IMG/VR virus record: IMGVR_UViG_3300042868_004799
Span: 7,286 to 71,285 of that record
Strand: one strand, 5' to 3'
DNA from: a virus
DNA: 64,000 nucleotides
Position numbers and translations under genes: made by a program. The notes under the pieces were generated by a model that saw only the letters and a list, made by a program, of their open reading frames with translations, ran no database searches and was not told the DNA's origin. Positions 9,504 through 19,130 of this stretch are shown here, one piece after another. Each line of letters starts with the position of its first letter. Within the stretch, counting starts at the first letter, position 1.

Positions 9504-10498
9504 GGATCATCTACTTTCGTTGTTACGTAATTTAAGTCGCCAAGTCTTTTAATTGCATTTCCATACGCACTACCGTCATGGTGATGGAATTGAGATACGT
9601 ATTGCGGGTGTGCGACGACGTTGTATGTAGGACTACTAAATCCTGCGTCTTTTAGCCCTTGCTCTGCAGTTCTTCCGAGCGCTACTATTCGCGGCTCGCC
9701 AAGAACGTTCCATAGGTCGCTAAGCCGCTCGCCGTTAATGTCATCGACGTTGATTAAGCCGACTGAGCGCCAAAAATCCTCAGGAAGATTTTTCAATAAG
9801 TAGTCGCCTGAATTGCTGTCAACTGGCATGAACGGGAGAATAGCAGCTGTCTTATCATCGCGCTTGTCGCCGACAAGAAGCACATCGGCTGTTGGACTGC
9901 CAATGTACTCTGGAAACGCTGCTAGGGGCTCAGCCAATTTAGCTTTTTTGGCGGCTTTTTGTATTAGTGCTCCAGCAAGATCTTCATTGTCTTCTAGACT
10001 ATTTTTAGGTGGGCAAACAGTCCCGTCGAGATGCAATACTAGTGAATGGGCGTCCGTATAACCGTCAAGTATCACTGACAGTTCTTCGGCCGTAACGAAG
10101 TCATCTCCACGCGCCTCTAGACGCTCTAGAATGACTTCTAAGGGCTGATAAACCCAAAACTGCGCAATACCCCGAGAAGCCATAAATAGCTCAATCCAGC
10201 GCCATCCAGCGACGCCAAGAAGCCCTCCATAAGGCTCTACGCAGGTCTGGGGACGCTTTAGCGGGGCGTAGGTTATTTCACCCCAATGCCAGCGATCTGC
10301 AATAGCGTGCCTTGCGGTCCAGTCTATAGTAGAAATGCTAATTCCGTATTCGTTAAGGGCCCAGCGACGCGTTTCTTCTTCTGGTTTGCCTTTATGAAAA
10401 AGTGTTACATCGCCGTATTCAAGCAGCAATTGGCGCTTGATTTCAGCGGCAAGAGTGCTCTTGCCCGATGCGTCTGTTCCTTCAAGTACTATGAACAT
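9488..10498 (-). CDS. dNMP (thymidylate-kinase-like) kinase fused to a C-terminal uracil-DNA-glycosylase-like domain
   Basis: N-terminal IVLEGTDASGKST and DRWHWGEITY. C-terminal YIGSPTADVLLVGD, SGDYL, PRIVALGRTA and HPQY resemble family-4 UDG motifs. Confidence 0.75.
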   Translation of the reverse strand: MFIVLEGTDASGKSTLAAEIKRQLLLEYGDVTLFHKGKPEEETRRWALNEYGISISTIDWTARHAIADRWHWGEITYAPLKRPQTCVEPYGGLLGVAGWRWIELFMASRGIAQFWVYQPLEVILERLEARGDDFVTAEELSVILDGYTDAHSLVLHLDGTVCPPKNSLEDNEDLAGALIQKAAKKAKLAEPLAAFPEYIGSPTADVLLVGDKRDDKTAAILPFMPVDSNSGDYLLKNLPEDFWRSVGLINVDDINGERLSDLWNVLGEPRIVALGRTAEQGLKDAGFSSPTYNVVAHPQYVSQFHHHDGSAYGNAIKRLGDLNYVTTKVDDPWILR

Positions 10499-10553
10499 TA
10501 TTGTCTTTCGTCGTTATTAGAGATGCCAACTATAACAGGCAAGTAGATCTGAT

Positions 10554-11024
10554 TTATGGAATGAGCTCTATTTTATAGATTGACTCAATGCCTTTGTCGA
10601 CTTTGGCGGCGTCGTCAAGAAGTCTTTGCGCAACATTTGTAAGATATCGTGCACCACCATTGTCATACTTATATAGTGCCTCAAGCACAGCGCCTGGGTC
10701 TTCGCTGACCTGTGCCCAATAGCGATTTTTTTCTGGAAAGACAAGCTCAGCAGCAAATGACGGGCGGCACTCATCGCAAGGGACTACATCTGCTCGCACT
10801 TCTTCAGGTGAAATTTCTTGAAGGCCATAGCGCTTCACAAGAGCGCACGCAGCGCCGTGGTAAATCAACGACACACCGACACGAGAAAGAATGTAAGAGC
10901 CGTTTTCTGTCCTATAGAGTTCAAACTCAATCCAACGATGTGAACCACGGCGGTACGAGGACGACTTACCGAGGAGCGTTCCGTTGAATTGTAGGGTACG
11001 TGACCCGTCTTTTACTTCAATCAT
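10554..11024 (-). CDS. Hypothetical phage protein (RWxExxLYRT..G.Y motif, CxxC)
   Basis: Clean ORF with its own intergenic upstream region; no function recognised. Confidence 0.7.
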   Translation of the reverse strand: MIEVKDGSRTLQFNGTLLGKSSSYRRGSHRWIEFELYRTENGSYILSRVGVSLIYHGAACALVKRYGLQEISPEEVRADVVPCDECRPSFAAELVFPEKNRYWAQVSEDPGAVLEALYKYDNGGARYLTNVAQRLLDDAAKVDKGIESIYKIELIP

Positions 11025-11089
11025 TTTCTGTCATTTCTATGCGATCTATATTTTTATAAAATTTATCATGGTGCATCACATGTAACAGG

Positions 11090-12676
11090 TCACTTTTTGG
11101 CTTCAAGTTCTGCTACTTTAGCAGACAACTCTTTTACCGCGCCAATTAAATACGGAATAATCGACGTATAGTCCATCATCCATGCGTCTTTGACTTCGTG
11201 TTCGCCAGTGTCTTGATTGATAGTTGCCGACTCAGCGCTGTCGCCTACGTAGACTGCAGACGGAAGAATATCATACAATTCCTGCGCGTACAGTCCATAG
11301 TTTATGTTACCACTCTTTTGATTGACCCACCTAAAATGCTTTGGCTTTAAACTGTCTATGATCCCTAAGGCAGTAAATTCGCCAGAAACTTCTATCTTCA
11401 GTCTTGAGTCTGAGATATTTTGCAGTTGCACAGACGCGGGATCGGCTCCAGATATGTACCGCATTGCTGCAAAAGAACTGCCTGCACCTTCTTTGTAAAA
11501 TGCAATAAGAGCAGCGTTGTCTGCGGAGCTGTCTCCAAGCGCAGCGCCAGTTGTCCAAGATCTTCTAAAGATGTTTATTACAGCGCCAGTGTCATCCGAG
11601 TATCTTCTAAAGTTTGCAAAAGATTGTAAAAGCTGCATGGACGAAGTGCCGTTGCCTAGCAAAACCTCCGCAGTGTCTAAGCGTCCTGTGGTTATTGTAT
11701 TGTTCCACAACTGTGTAGATCCGCCGTAGCCATCGTAGTTCATAATTCGTACGCCGGTGCCGCTACCTTGGATGTACCCGCCTGTCAGACGTAGGCCGTC
11801 CCCTGAGCCGTCAAAAGTTCCAGATGTAAGCGTTCCACCTACAATAGCTCGACCGGTAATTGTTCCAGCAGTGATCCTGTCTGCGTTAACATCGGCAGCA
11901 GAAATACTGGCTGTTGTTATTCTTGCTGATGAAATTGTTCCAGAAGTAATCTGTGCAGCAGTAATGTTTGCGGCTGAGATACTTGTAGAAGTTATTCGCG
12001 AGGCCGCGATAGTTCCTGTTGTAATATTTCCTGCGTCTAGATTAGAAACTGTAATAACGCTTGCGTCGATACTTCCTGCTGTAATCTTATTTGCATTGAT
12101 ATTTGCAAGAGCTTCACCGCCAAGTTGAACTGCTGTCCACGCAGAACCGGTGCGACGATAGATCTTGTTGTTGTCATCAGTGTCAAACCACAAATCACCT
12201 TCAGCATAGGTTCCGCCTGTAGGCTCTGATGTCTGCCTGTACACTTTGTTTTTACCGTCTGCTGTAGTCTGCGCAGCTGTAGCAGCAGAAGCAGCAGCAG
12301 CCGCACCAGCCGCAGCCGCAGCAATGCCAAGGTCTTGCATAGAGACCCATGCAGTCCCGTCCCATCGTTTTAGTTTAAGAGAGTCACTGGAGTCGAACCA
12401 CACGTCACCGACTGAAGGACTACTTGGAGCAGTACCGCTATACGCAGTACTTGCGCCGCCTACGCCCACTGCGAGCGCGTCATTCGTGATTGATCCAGGC
12501 GCAATTGCAATTGCTGTAACTGCTCCGGCCTGAATGTTTTTTGGCTTCACAGCGCTTGGACTAAGCCTTCTTGGGATCGGCGTCAGTCGTGTTGCCTTAA
12601 GTCGAGACTCAAGATAACTAATGCGCTTTCCAACTGTGCGCTTGCTTCTTCTTAAATTACTAGCCACGTTTATCAA
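11090..12676 (-). CDS. Tail fibre/spike with C-terminal intramolecular chaperone (peptidase S74)
   Basis: Two P..GD.WFD..W repeats, ANKITAG-type repeats, and C-terminal SDSRLK...YGLYAQEL...DYTSIIPYLIGAVKEL followed by a coiled coil. Confidence 0.85.
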   Translation of the reverse strand: MINVASNLRRSKRTVGKRISYLESRLKATRLTPIPRRLSPSAVKPKNIQAGAVTAIAIAPGSITNDALAVGVGGASTAYSGTAPSSPSVGDVWFDSSDSLKLKRWDGTAWVSMQDLGIAAAAAGAAAAASAATAAQTTADGKNKVYRQTSEPTGGTYAEGDLWFDTDDNNKIYRRTGSAWTAVQLGGEALANINANKITAGSIDASVITVSNLDAGNITTGTIAASRITSTSISAANITAAQITSGTISSARITTASISAADVNADRITAGTITGRAIVGGTLTSGTFDGSGDGLRLTGGYIQGSGTGVRIMNYDGYGGSTQLWNNTITTGRLDTAEVLLGNGTSSMQLLQSFANFRRYSDDTGAVINIFRRSWTTGAALGDSSADNAALIAFYKEGAGSSFAAMRYISGADPASVQLQNISDSRLKIEVSGEFTALGIIDSLKPKHFRWVNQKSGNINYGLYAQELYDILPSAVYVGDSAESATINQDTGEHEVKDAWMMDYTSIIPYLIGAVKELSAKVAELEAKK

Positions 12677-14774
12677 CTTCCCATTCAGAAATCAAAGTAA
12701 GGTCAACTCGTTCAGGAAATGCAAGTCCGTCTGGAACTGTTACTTTATATGATTCTATTTTTCTTACAAGTAGTTCGTCTCTAGGCTCGAGATCGCTTGA
12801 CAGCCGCATTTGCACGAAGTCGTCTTGAATAATAAGACAGCACCAATCGCCTGGAAGGTATGTGCCAATTGTTGGGAACACTGAACCGTTTACGCTGATT
12901 GTAATGTCAGCAACAGGCGGCCTAAATTCGTTTAGATATCTTTGTGCGTACGCGTACAAAGTGTCTTCGTCCGCAAGATAGTTATTCTGGACAGGCTGCA
13001 CAAAGTTGCTTGTATCAGTATTTGAGTATGATTCTGACTTTACAATGTTGCTTCCAGATTCTTCTTGATCAAGAATAGGCCAACCAAGCGCGAGAAGATC
13101 AGAAGCTACTGCTGCTGCGTAGGGCTGGCTTGCGTCAGCACCGAGGTCACCGATATTGCCAACAATGAAGAAACGCGTAGCTGCTGACTCCGCCGATTCG
13201 TCCATTTTTACGTCAAGTATATTTCCTGGGTACTCAAAAATTAAGTTCTGAGCGCCGAATCTTTCAATTGGTGAAACTTCTCCAGGAGCTGGAGGATCTG
13301 GAAAATCGATTGGAATCATTACAAACGTGCGCGTGAATGCGTTAGTAGCCGGATCATAGTCACAGTCGATTCGATACTCAAAACCGTTAATATTATCTGA
13401 GTACTGGTCTAATTCTTCGCCAACTGATGTAAGTTCATATCCGCGAAATGCGTGATTTGCAAGTGCCTTTCCACTGTACTCTAAAGTAGAATAACTTAAA
13501 CCAATGTCTGAGTTACCAGGATATGAGCCGTACGTGCCATACGTAGCCTGTGGAATAAGTGTAATAAGAGGACTCGCTCCCCAATCGGCGCTAAGGCCAA
13601 ACACGCTGAAAGCAACTGCGTCTGCTGTGACTGCTCTGTAGCTAAATGTCGTGCTGTCAAATACCTCAGTAACTTTCACAGTTCCATCAAAGATTGTAGT
13701 TGTCCCCGCCGGGTCATCGACTCCTGAGACATTGATAACATCGCCAACAGATAACCCGTGAGATGGGAATACGCCAAGCCGCGCTCGTCCAACTATGACT
13801 GGGTAATACGGATCGTCAGGCGTCGACGCGGTTTTGTTTGCTGGCGCCATTGTCGTCGAGCTTACCGCTGTGTTAGCTATATTTCCAGAACTCACGCTGA
13901 ACGACACTGTTGTACTAGTGGTGCTCGTAATAATGTGGATTCCATTAAACGGAGCGCCAACGTTTGTGACAGTGATTGTCTGACCAGGTATGGCGTCATT
14001 TGCTTCAGAAAAAGTTAGTGTTGCTACTCCGCTAGTAACTCGTTTATGCGTAACTGTTAACCGCGTTGGCACACCTGGCTCGATGTCAGTGTTTGGAAAA
14101 GTGATACCGCTAAAGTCACGAGCTACTTCTTCGAGAAGGCTGCGAACATAGTCATAGCTATCGACACGCACATACGCTGTAGCATCGAGGTACGTTGCGT
14201 TAGGAAGCGGGTCGCCGCCCGTGTCACGAGTGGCACTTGTGTAAAAACTTGTTGTTGTCGGAGATGGGCTAGTTGCGATACTGTAAGTGCCATTGTAAAT
14301 AATGTTTTCATTCTGGCTAAAGCCAAACTTAATCGGCATTTCACCTACAAAGTCATACGCACTGCTGGTGAGCGTAGCGTGCACGACTCCGCCAGACACT
14401 ACTAGAGTGCACGGATACGCGTGGCTATATGTCTTCCAGATGTTGCGATGATGGAGGTAGCTCGTAAACTCAGACGCAGACACCGATAAGTTTTTTGTTT
14501 CAAGCGAATAAGAACGAGTCCAGATAATGCCTCCCCAAACGCATTGATCGTTTCTTACGACATATAAAGCTGTTCTCCCAGGCATAGTACTTTCGTAAAT
14601 GCCTAATGCGGCAGTGCGATCAATAATTGGAATATCACCACTAAAGGTTCCAGCACTTTTAATAGCGCGTTCATAGTTTACGCCGCTAAACGGAATTTCT
14701 GCTATAACTGCATTGGTAAGTAAGTCTGCTACAAAGTATCTGTATTCTGGTACTACAGGATCAAAAGCTGCCAT
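12660..14774 (-). CDS. Minor tail / baseplate hub protein
   Basis: YFVADLLT..IAEIPF, PGRTALYVVR..VWGGIIW and C-terminal GDWC, as in siphovirus minor tail proteins. Follows Dit. Confidence 0.75.
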   Translation of the reverse strand: MAAFDPVVPEYRYFVADLLTNAVIAEIPFSGVNYERAIKSAGTFSGDIPIIDRTAALGIYESTMPGRTALYVVRNDQCVWGGIIWTRSYSLETKNLSVSASEFTSYLHHRNIWKTYSHAYPCTLVVSGGVVHATLTSSAYDFVGEMPIKFGFSQNENIIYNGTYSIATSPSPTTTSFYTSATRDTGGDPLPNATYLDATAYVRVDSYDYVRSLLEEVARDFSGITFPNTDIEPGVPTRLTVTHKRVTSGVATLTFSEANDAIPGQTITVTNVGAPFNGIHIITSTTSTTVSFSVSSGNIANTAVSSTTMAPANKTASTPDDPYYPVIVGRARLGVFPSHGLSVGDVINVSGVDDPAGTTTIFDGTVKVTEVFDSTTFSYRAVTADAVAFSVFGLSADWGASPLITLIPQATYGTYGSYPGNSDIGLSYSTLEYSGKALANHAFRGYELTSVGEELDQYSDNINGFEYRIDCDYDPATNAFTRTFVMIPIDFPDPPAPGEVSPIERFGAQNLIFEYPGNILDVKMDESAESAATRFFIVGNIGDLGADASQPYAAAVASDLLALGWPILDQEESGSNIVKSESYSNTDTSNFVQPVQNNYLADEDTLYAYAQRYLNEFRPPVADITISVNGSVFPTIGTYLPGDWCCLIIQDDFVQMRLSSDLEPRDELLVRKIESYKVTVPDGLAFPERVDLTLISEWEVDKRG

Positions 14775-14802
14775 GTTATGTCTCCTCGTCGTTTGTTCTT
14801 CA

Positions 14803-15780
14803 TTAGCCGATCCAACCTGATCTGTAGTATACAGTCAATGTTGCATTCGATGAAGCGTTTCCTTCGTCAATGAATCGTATCGTATTTGCGCCCGGGCTAA
14901 GCGTTATCCAGTCAACCAGAACATCGACCATTGCTCGTGCGCCGAACGAGTCTCCGTTGTACGCAATTTCTCTAGCGTACGTGTCGATTTCCATCAAGTC
15001 GGTTCCGTTCGGCATAACACTAGGGCCAATCAACGTAAACAGCGAATCGTTTGTCACATTGAGAATTGTCGCATCGCCGGCAACAATGCCGGCCACTTCC
15101 ATAAACACGGCTACATCGATATTGCCGTCGTTTGTGATAACTACTTCACCACTCCGCCCAGCGCCTACATTTTTACAACGCAGCAAAACAGAGTCGTATC
15201 CTTCGGCATCTTCGTCGTTCCACGAGTACTTGACAGGATCCGCTGCTTTTAGCCCGATAGAAAAGTCAGTGCGGCCTCTAGCACTCACTGTTTGAATATT
15301 CGGTGCGCCACTAAGACGTACCCACGATGCTCGTGTAGGGCTTTCATTTGTTTTTAGCCAGCCGCCGTCATAGACTAGACTTGCCGCTTCGATAAGAGTG
15401 TTACGCGCCGCAGATACGTATTCAGGGGCAGGAGGAAAAAATGATCCGTTGAGCGTAATCTGTCGAGCTGTCCAGCGGCCTCGAGCATCGTATGAGCCGT
15501 CAGACCACCCACGAGTTAAATCGGGCATTTCAGGCTCTGGAAGAGTCCACCAGCCATCGATTTCAGTGCAAACCCAAATGACATTGTTTTCGTCTATAGT
15601 GTTTAAGACAAGGTCGTTAAAAATAACGTCGGCTTGAAGCTTCATGCCAGTGAAGACTGGCGGTGGAAGTGGCGTTAGAGCTCTGTTTACAATTGATGTT
15701 TCAACTGCCTGCGAAGCGCCGTCGTTGTACTCACCCGCGCCGTACGGGTCTACTCCGTAGTAAAAACCAACAATAGTCAT
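14803..15780 (-). CDS. Distal tail (Dit-like) protein
   Basis: IDGWW..P, R.ITL.G, LKAADPVKY, N.G...V, W..L.PGAN.I and YRSGW motifs. Confidence 0.8.
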   Translation of the reverse strand: MTIVGFYYGVDPYGAGEYNDGASQAVETSIVNRALTPLPPPVFTGMKLQADVIFNDLVLNTIDENNVIWVCTEIDGWWTLPEPEMPDLTRGWSDGSYDARGRWTARQITLNGSFFPPAPEYVSAARNTLIEAASLVYDGGWLKTNESPTRASWVRLSGAPNIQTVSARGRTDFSIGLKAADPVKYSWNDEDAEGYDSVLLRCKNVGAGRSGEVVITNDGNIDVAVFMEVAGIVAGDATILNVTNDSLFTLIGPSVMPNGTDLMEIDTYAREIAYNGDSFGARAMVDVLVDWITLSPGANTIRFIDEGNASSNATLTVYYRSGWIG

Positions 15781-15906
15781 TTTTGTACTCTTTCTTCTCT
15801 TCTTCGTTCTTAGCTAAGCCTAGTCAATACAGATCATTTGTCTATAGCAATTCTATCCTAGTCTTCTATGGTGTACTGGTCTGAAAAGCGCCGCTAGACA
15901 TAGATC

Positions 15907-16152
15907 TTACCACTTATGTATAGGGCACTCTGCGTACTTTAACTTTACTTTTGCTGGCATAAAGCAACCGCATTCTTTACAGTTATTGGTGGCGGTAAGC
16001 TTATCGCAACCCTTGCAAATGTCATATCTTTTTTCTTGATCTTCTTCCGGTGCATATTCCGTTTCTGGGTTAGCAAAATCCCATGGACGCACGACGCCAG
16101 TTTCTTGACGTCTTACATTGTTCTTTTTCCACTGTTCCCACGCTGATGGCAT
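15907..16152 (-). CDS. Small Cys-rich protein (DUF6171-like)
   Basis: RYDICKGC...CKECGCFM..K......CPIHKW. Confidence 0.75.
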   Translation of the reverse strand: MPSAWEQWKKNNVRRQETGVVRPWDFANPETEYAPEEDQEKRYDICKGCDKLTATNNCKECGCFMPAKVKLKYAECPIHKW

Positions 16153-16263
16153 AAATGATCTCCTCGTATTACTTAATTGCGATAATTAGTATATTATAGT
16201 CTATGTAGACATTCAAACAGTGTACTATACTCCACGTAGAGATTCAAATAGAAGAGGGTAAAA

Positions 16264-16509
16264 ATGCCATTAGAAGATTTTATAAGCGCAGAAGACAAAG
16301 TACTTGCACTCGAGGCATTGAGAACTAGAACATTTAACGAAGTATACAGCCTGTGCATTAGGCTTGGCATTGACGTTGATACTTTCGACTATGAAACATG
16401 GGAATTGCCAGAGCGTACAGCAGATATTGATCACATATTTACTAATTTTAAGATGATAAAAAGAATGTGTGAAAGCCTAAAAATTATTGATTCTAAAATT
16501 GGTCAATAA
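16264..16509 (+). CDS. Hypothetical protein (opposite-strand cassette)
   Basis: ATG preceded by AGAGGG RBS; AT-rich; no overlapping minus-strand gene. Confidence 0.75.
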   Translation: MPLEDFISAEDKVLALEALRTRTFNEVYSLCIRLGIDVDTFDYETWELPERTADIDHIFTNFKMIKRMCESLKIIDSKIGQ

Positions 16510-16512
16510 CTC

Positions 16513-17199
16513 ATGGACTACGTTACTAGACTTCCAGACAACATACTTTTTAGAGACCCAAATCCAAATGCATATGGGTACTTTGCTTTAATGAAGAGCA
16601 TTTTTGTTATCGATGGAGTCACCATTCCATATAGCGATAGATGTGATAACCTTACTTATAATTCAACTTTTGTAACAAATGGGTCAAAATACCACGCAGA
16701 TTCAATGTATGCGGGAGAAAATATTCCAGTTTCTAATTGGGGATTTTGGAATAGAATCATAGAGGTTATTCCAGATTTTTGCATAATGTACATGTCATGT
16801 GTGGAGACACAGCTAAGCGGAGGTACTACGGCAGCAGATTATTACTTTCAGGGATACCCTTCTACTCTATGGTTTGCTAAATCAATTGTAGAGCTTTTAA
16901 AGAATATTAGAGAGTGGTCATTTATGGTAGAAGCTCCATTTAATTCTGATCACCCAATGGCTACGTATTCTAAAACGGCTATAGATACTTTGAACCCACC
17001 GCAAAATATCATGGATGAGATAGACGCGCTGCCTGATATGCACCTTGCTAGGTTTTTAAAGGGAGATCCCAATCATAGAGATGTAGTTGAAAACTTCCCT
17101 CAAATGTCTGATGACATGAGAAATTGGTTTGAGGAAAAATTGCAAGAGTTTAAGCCAAGAACAACGAATGAAAGACTCTTAGAACTAACTATAGATTAA
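16513..17199 (+). CDS. Hypothetical protein (opposite-strand cassette)
   Basis: 228-aa ORF starting 3 nt after the previous stop and converging on the FN3 gene; no motif recognised. Confidence 0.8.
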   Translation: MDYVTRLPDNILFRDPNPNAYGYFALMKSIFVIDGVTIPYSDRCDNLTYNSTFVTNGSKYHADSMYAGENIPVSNWGFWNRIIEVIPDFCIMYMSCVETQLSGGTTAADYYFQGYPSTLWFAKSIVELLKNIREWSFMVEAPFNSDHPMATYSKTAIDTLNPPQNIMDEIDALPDMHLARFLKGDPNHRDVVENFPQMSDDMRNWFEEKLQEFKPRTTNERLLELTID

Positions 17200-17210
17200 T
17201 ATATTTAGAT

Positions 17211-19130
17211 TTAACATTTTATTGACGAGATACGCTGACATCCTAGATCCGTTACCGTATATACCCCTTGACATAGCGTGATGTTCCACATAGGGATGTC
17301 ACAACCACCTTCGCACCCTGAGCCTGGGGGTCTATACATATACGTAGTTCCACTAGTATGGTTAATAACATCATAGTATATTCCATTGTAGGTTCCAGCT
17401 GTTTCAACCTTTGTTCTTGTGGCACTGCAATCCCCAAATGCGCCATAAGCACTATAGGTGTAATCAGTATACGCACCGTATGGACTGTAGTAATACGCTC
17501 CGTATGCGGTGTACTCAGTGTAGCTATACCCTCCGTACGCACCATAGGCACTATACGTATAATCCGTGTATGCACCATAAGAACCGTAGGTTACACTTGA
17601 ACTAGTCGAACCTGCCCTACTGTAGAACTGAGTTGACCTTGTCCTTGTTCTAGAGCTAGTTCTAGTTCTAGTTCTTGATCTAACTCTTGTTCTGTCTCGA
17701 GACCTTGTTCTTGTTCTTGATCTAGAACTTGTTCTTGTTCGACTTCGTGTCCCACAGTCACAATTTTCTGTATCAGTACAGCCAGCGGGGCCGCAGGCTG
17801 TATCGGTATCTGTTTCAGTTACATTTTCTGTATCAGTTTCTGTAACGTTTTCGGTGTCAGAGCAGCCAGCGGGGCCGCAGACTGTATCAGTATCAGTTTC
17901 TGTTCCAGTGTTACTAGTCCACGCCACCGTGTTAGCTGAAGTCGTGCTAAAAGCGCTAGTACCGTTTGCGTTGACAGCTCGTACTTTAATTTTGAAAGTA
18001 CTTGTACTGTATTGGTTTCCTATAGCCACAGAAGTTACACCAGCACCAACTGAAACTTCAGCAGCAAATGTTCCGTCATTAGTGCTTATTTGATAGAAGT
18101 ATCCTGTAATTGCACGACTACCATTAGCCGGTGCTGACCAGTTAAATGTGTCTCCGCTGGAGGCCGCTGTAATAGTTGGAGTCGCAGGCGCATCTGGAAT
18201 AGTAGAAGGAACAGCACTTGCAGATATTGTAGAGTACGGACCAGTTCCAACCGCGTTGGTTGCTGCTACTCGGAAGTAATAAGTAGTTCCATTAGCAAGG
18301 CCAGTTACAGTTGCGCTGGTTGAAGCCGAGGTTCCGTCAGCGAACGTTGTAACTGCTGAAGCAAACGTTGCAGAAGTTGAATATTGAACTACATAGTCAG
18401 TAATAGCAGAGCCGTTGCTGGCTGCTGCTGTCCATGAAAGCGGAACCTGAGTGCTCTGGTGTGAAGTAACAGAAGGTGTTCCCGGTGCACCTGGAACTGC
18501 TGCAGTCGTTACTGCGGTTGAGGCTGTAGAGTAACTCCCTGTGCCGGCAATGTTAACAGCAGCAATACGGAATATGTATGAAGTATTATTAGCAAGACCT
18601 GTGACAGTAGTAGACGTGCCGGTAGATGTGCCATCAGCAAATGTTGTCCAGTTCGAGCCACTGTCGCTTGAGTACTGAACCGCGTAGTCAGTAATAGCAG
18701 AACCGCCATTGTTGACTGGTGCAGACCAAGTAACGCCCATTTGCCCAACGCCCTGCGTGGCAACAACACTTGTTGGTGCGTCTGGAGTTGTAGCAGCTGA
18801 AACTGCGGCAGATGCTGCAGAGTATGGACCATCTCCAATTGCGTTCTTTGCCAGTACCCTAAACGTGTACGAAGTTCCAGCCGAAAGACCTGTGACAGTA
18901 GTAGACGTGCTGGTAGACGTGCCATCAGCAAATGTTGTCCAGTTCGAGCCACTGTCACTTGAATATTGAACCGTATAGTCAGTAATAGCACTGCCGCCAT
19001 TACTTATTGGCGCAGACCATGTAACGCTGATCTGCCCAACTCCTGTTGTACCTACAACGTTAGTAACAACGCCAGGAGCACCAGGCCCACTACCACTACT
19101 TGCGGCTGCAGCAAAAAAACCAGATCTCAC
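17211..19130 (-). CDS. Virion protein with four fibronectin type III domains and a repetitive Cys-containing C-terminus
   Basis: Repeated P.AP...V.W.AP..NGGSAITDY.VQYS...T..TVTGL..GTSY.FRV.A.N..G.G.YS units. Confidence 0.88.
   Translation of the reverse strand: MRSGFFAAAASSGSGPGAPGVVTNVVGTTGVGQISVTWSAPISNGGSAITDYTVQYSSDSGSNWTTFADGTSTSTSTTVTGLSAGTSYTFRVLAKNAIGDGPYSAASAAVSAATTPDAPTSVVATQGVGQMGVTWSAPVNNGGSAITDYAVQYSSDSGSNWTTFADGTSTGTSTTVTGLANNTSYIFRIAAVNIAGTGSYSTASTAVTTAAVPGAPGTPSVTSHQSTQVPLSWTAAASNGSAITDYVVQYSTSATFASAVTTFADGTSASTSATVTGLANGTTYYFRVAATNAVGTGPYSTISASAVPSTIPDAPATPTITAASSGDTFNWSAPANGSRAITGYFYQISTNDGTFAAEVSVGAGVTSVAIGNQYSTSTFKIKVRAVNANGTSAFSTTSANTVAWTSNTGTETDTDTVCGPAGCSDTENVTETDTENVTETDTDTACGPAGCTDTENCDCGTRSRTRTSSRSRTRTRSRDRTRVRSRTRTRTSSRTRTRSTQFYSRAGSTSSSVTYGSYGAYTDYTYSAYGAYGGYSYTEYTAYGAYYYSPYGAYTDYTYSAYGAFGDCSATRTKVETAGTYNGIYYDVINHTSGTTYMYRPPGSGCEGGCDIPMWNITLCQGVYTVTDLGCQRISSIKC

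Noticed and set aside
16150-17210. Invertible segment (shufflon) explaining the opposite-strand genes
   Set aside because: No flanking inverted repeats could be found by eye and no invertase is in the window.
18590-19020. Near-identical DNA segments about 294 bp apart as recombination or inversion sites
   Set aside because: Explained by duplication of adjacent FN3 domains; they are direct rather than inverted, and no recombinase is present.
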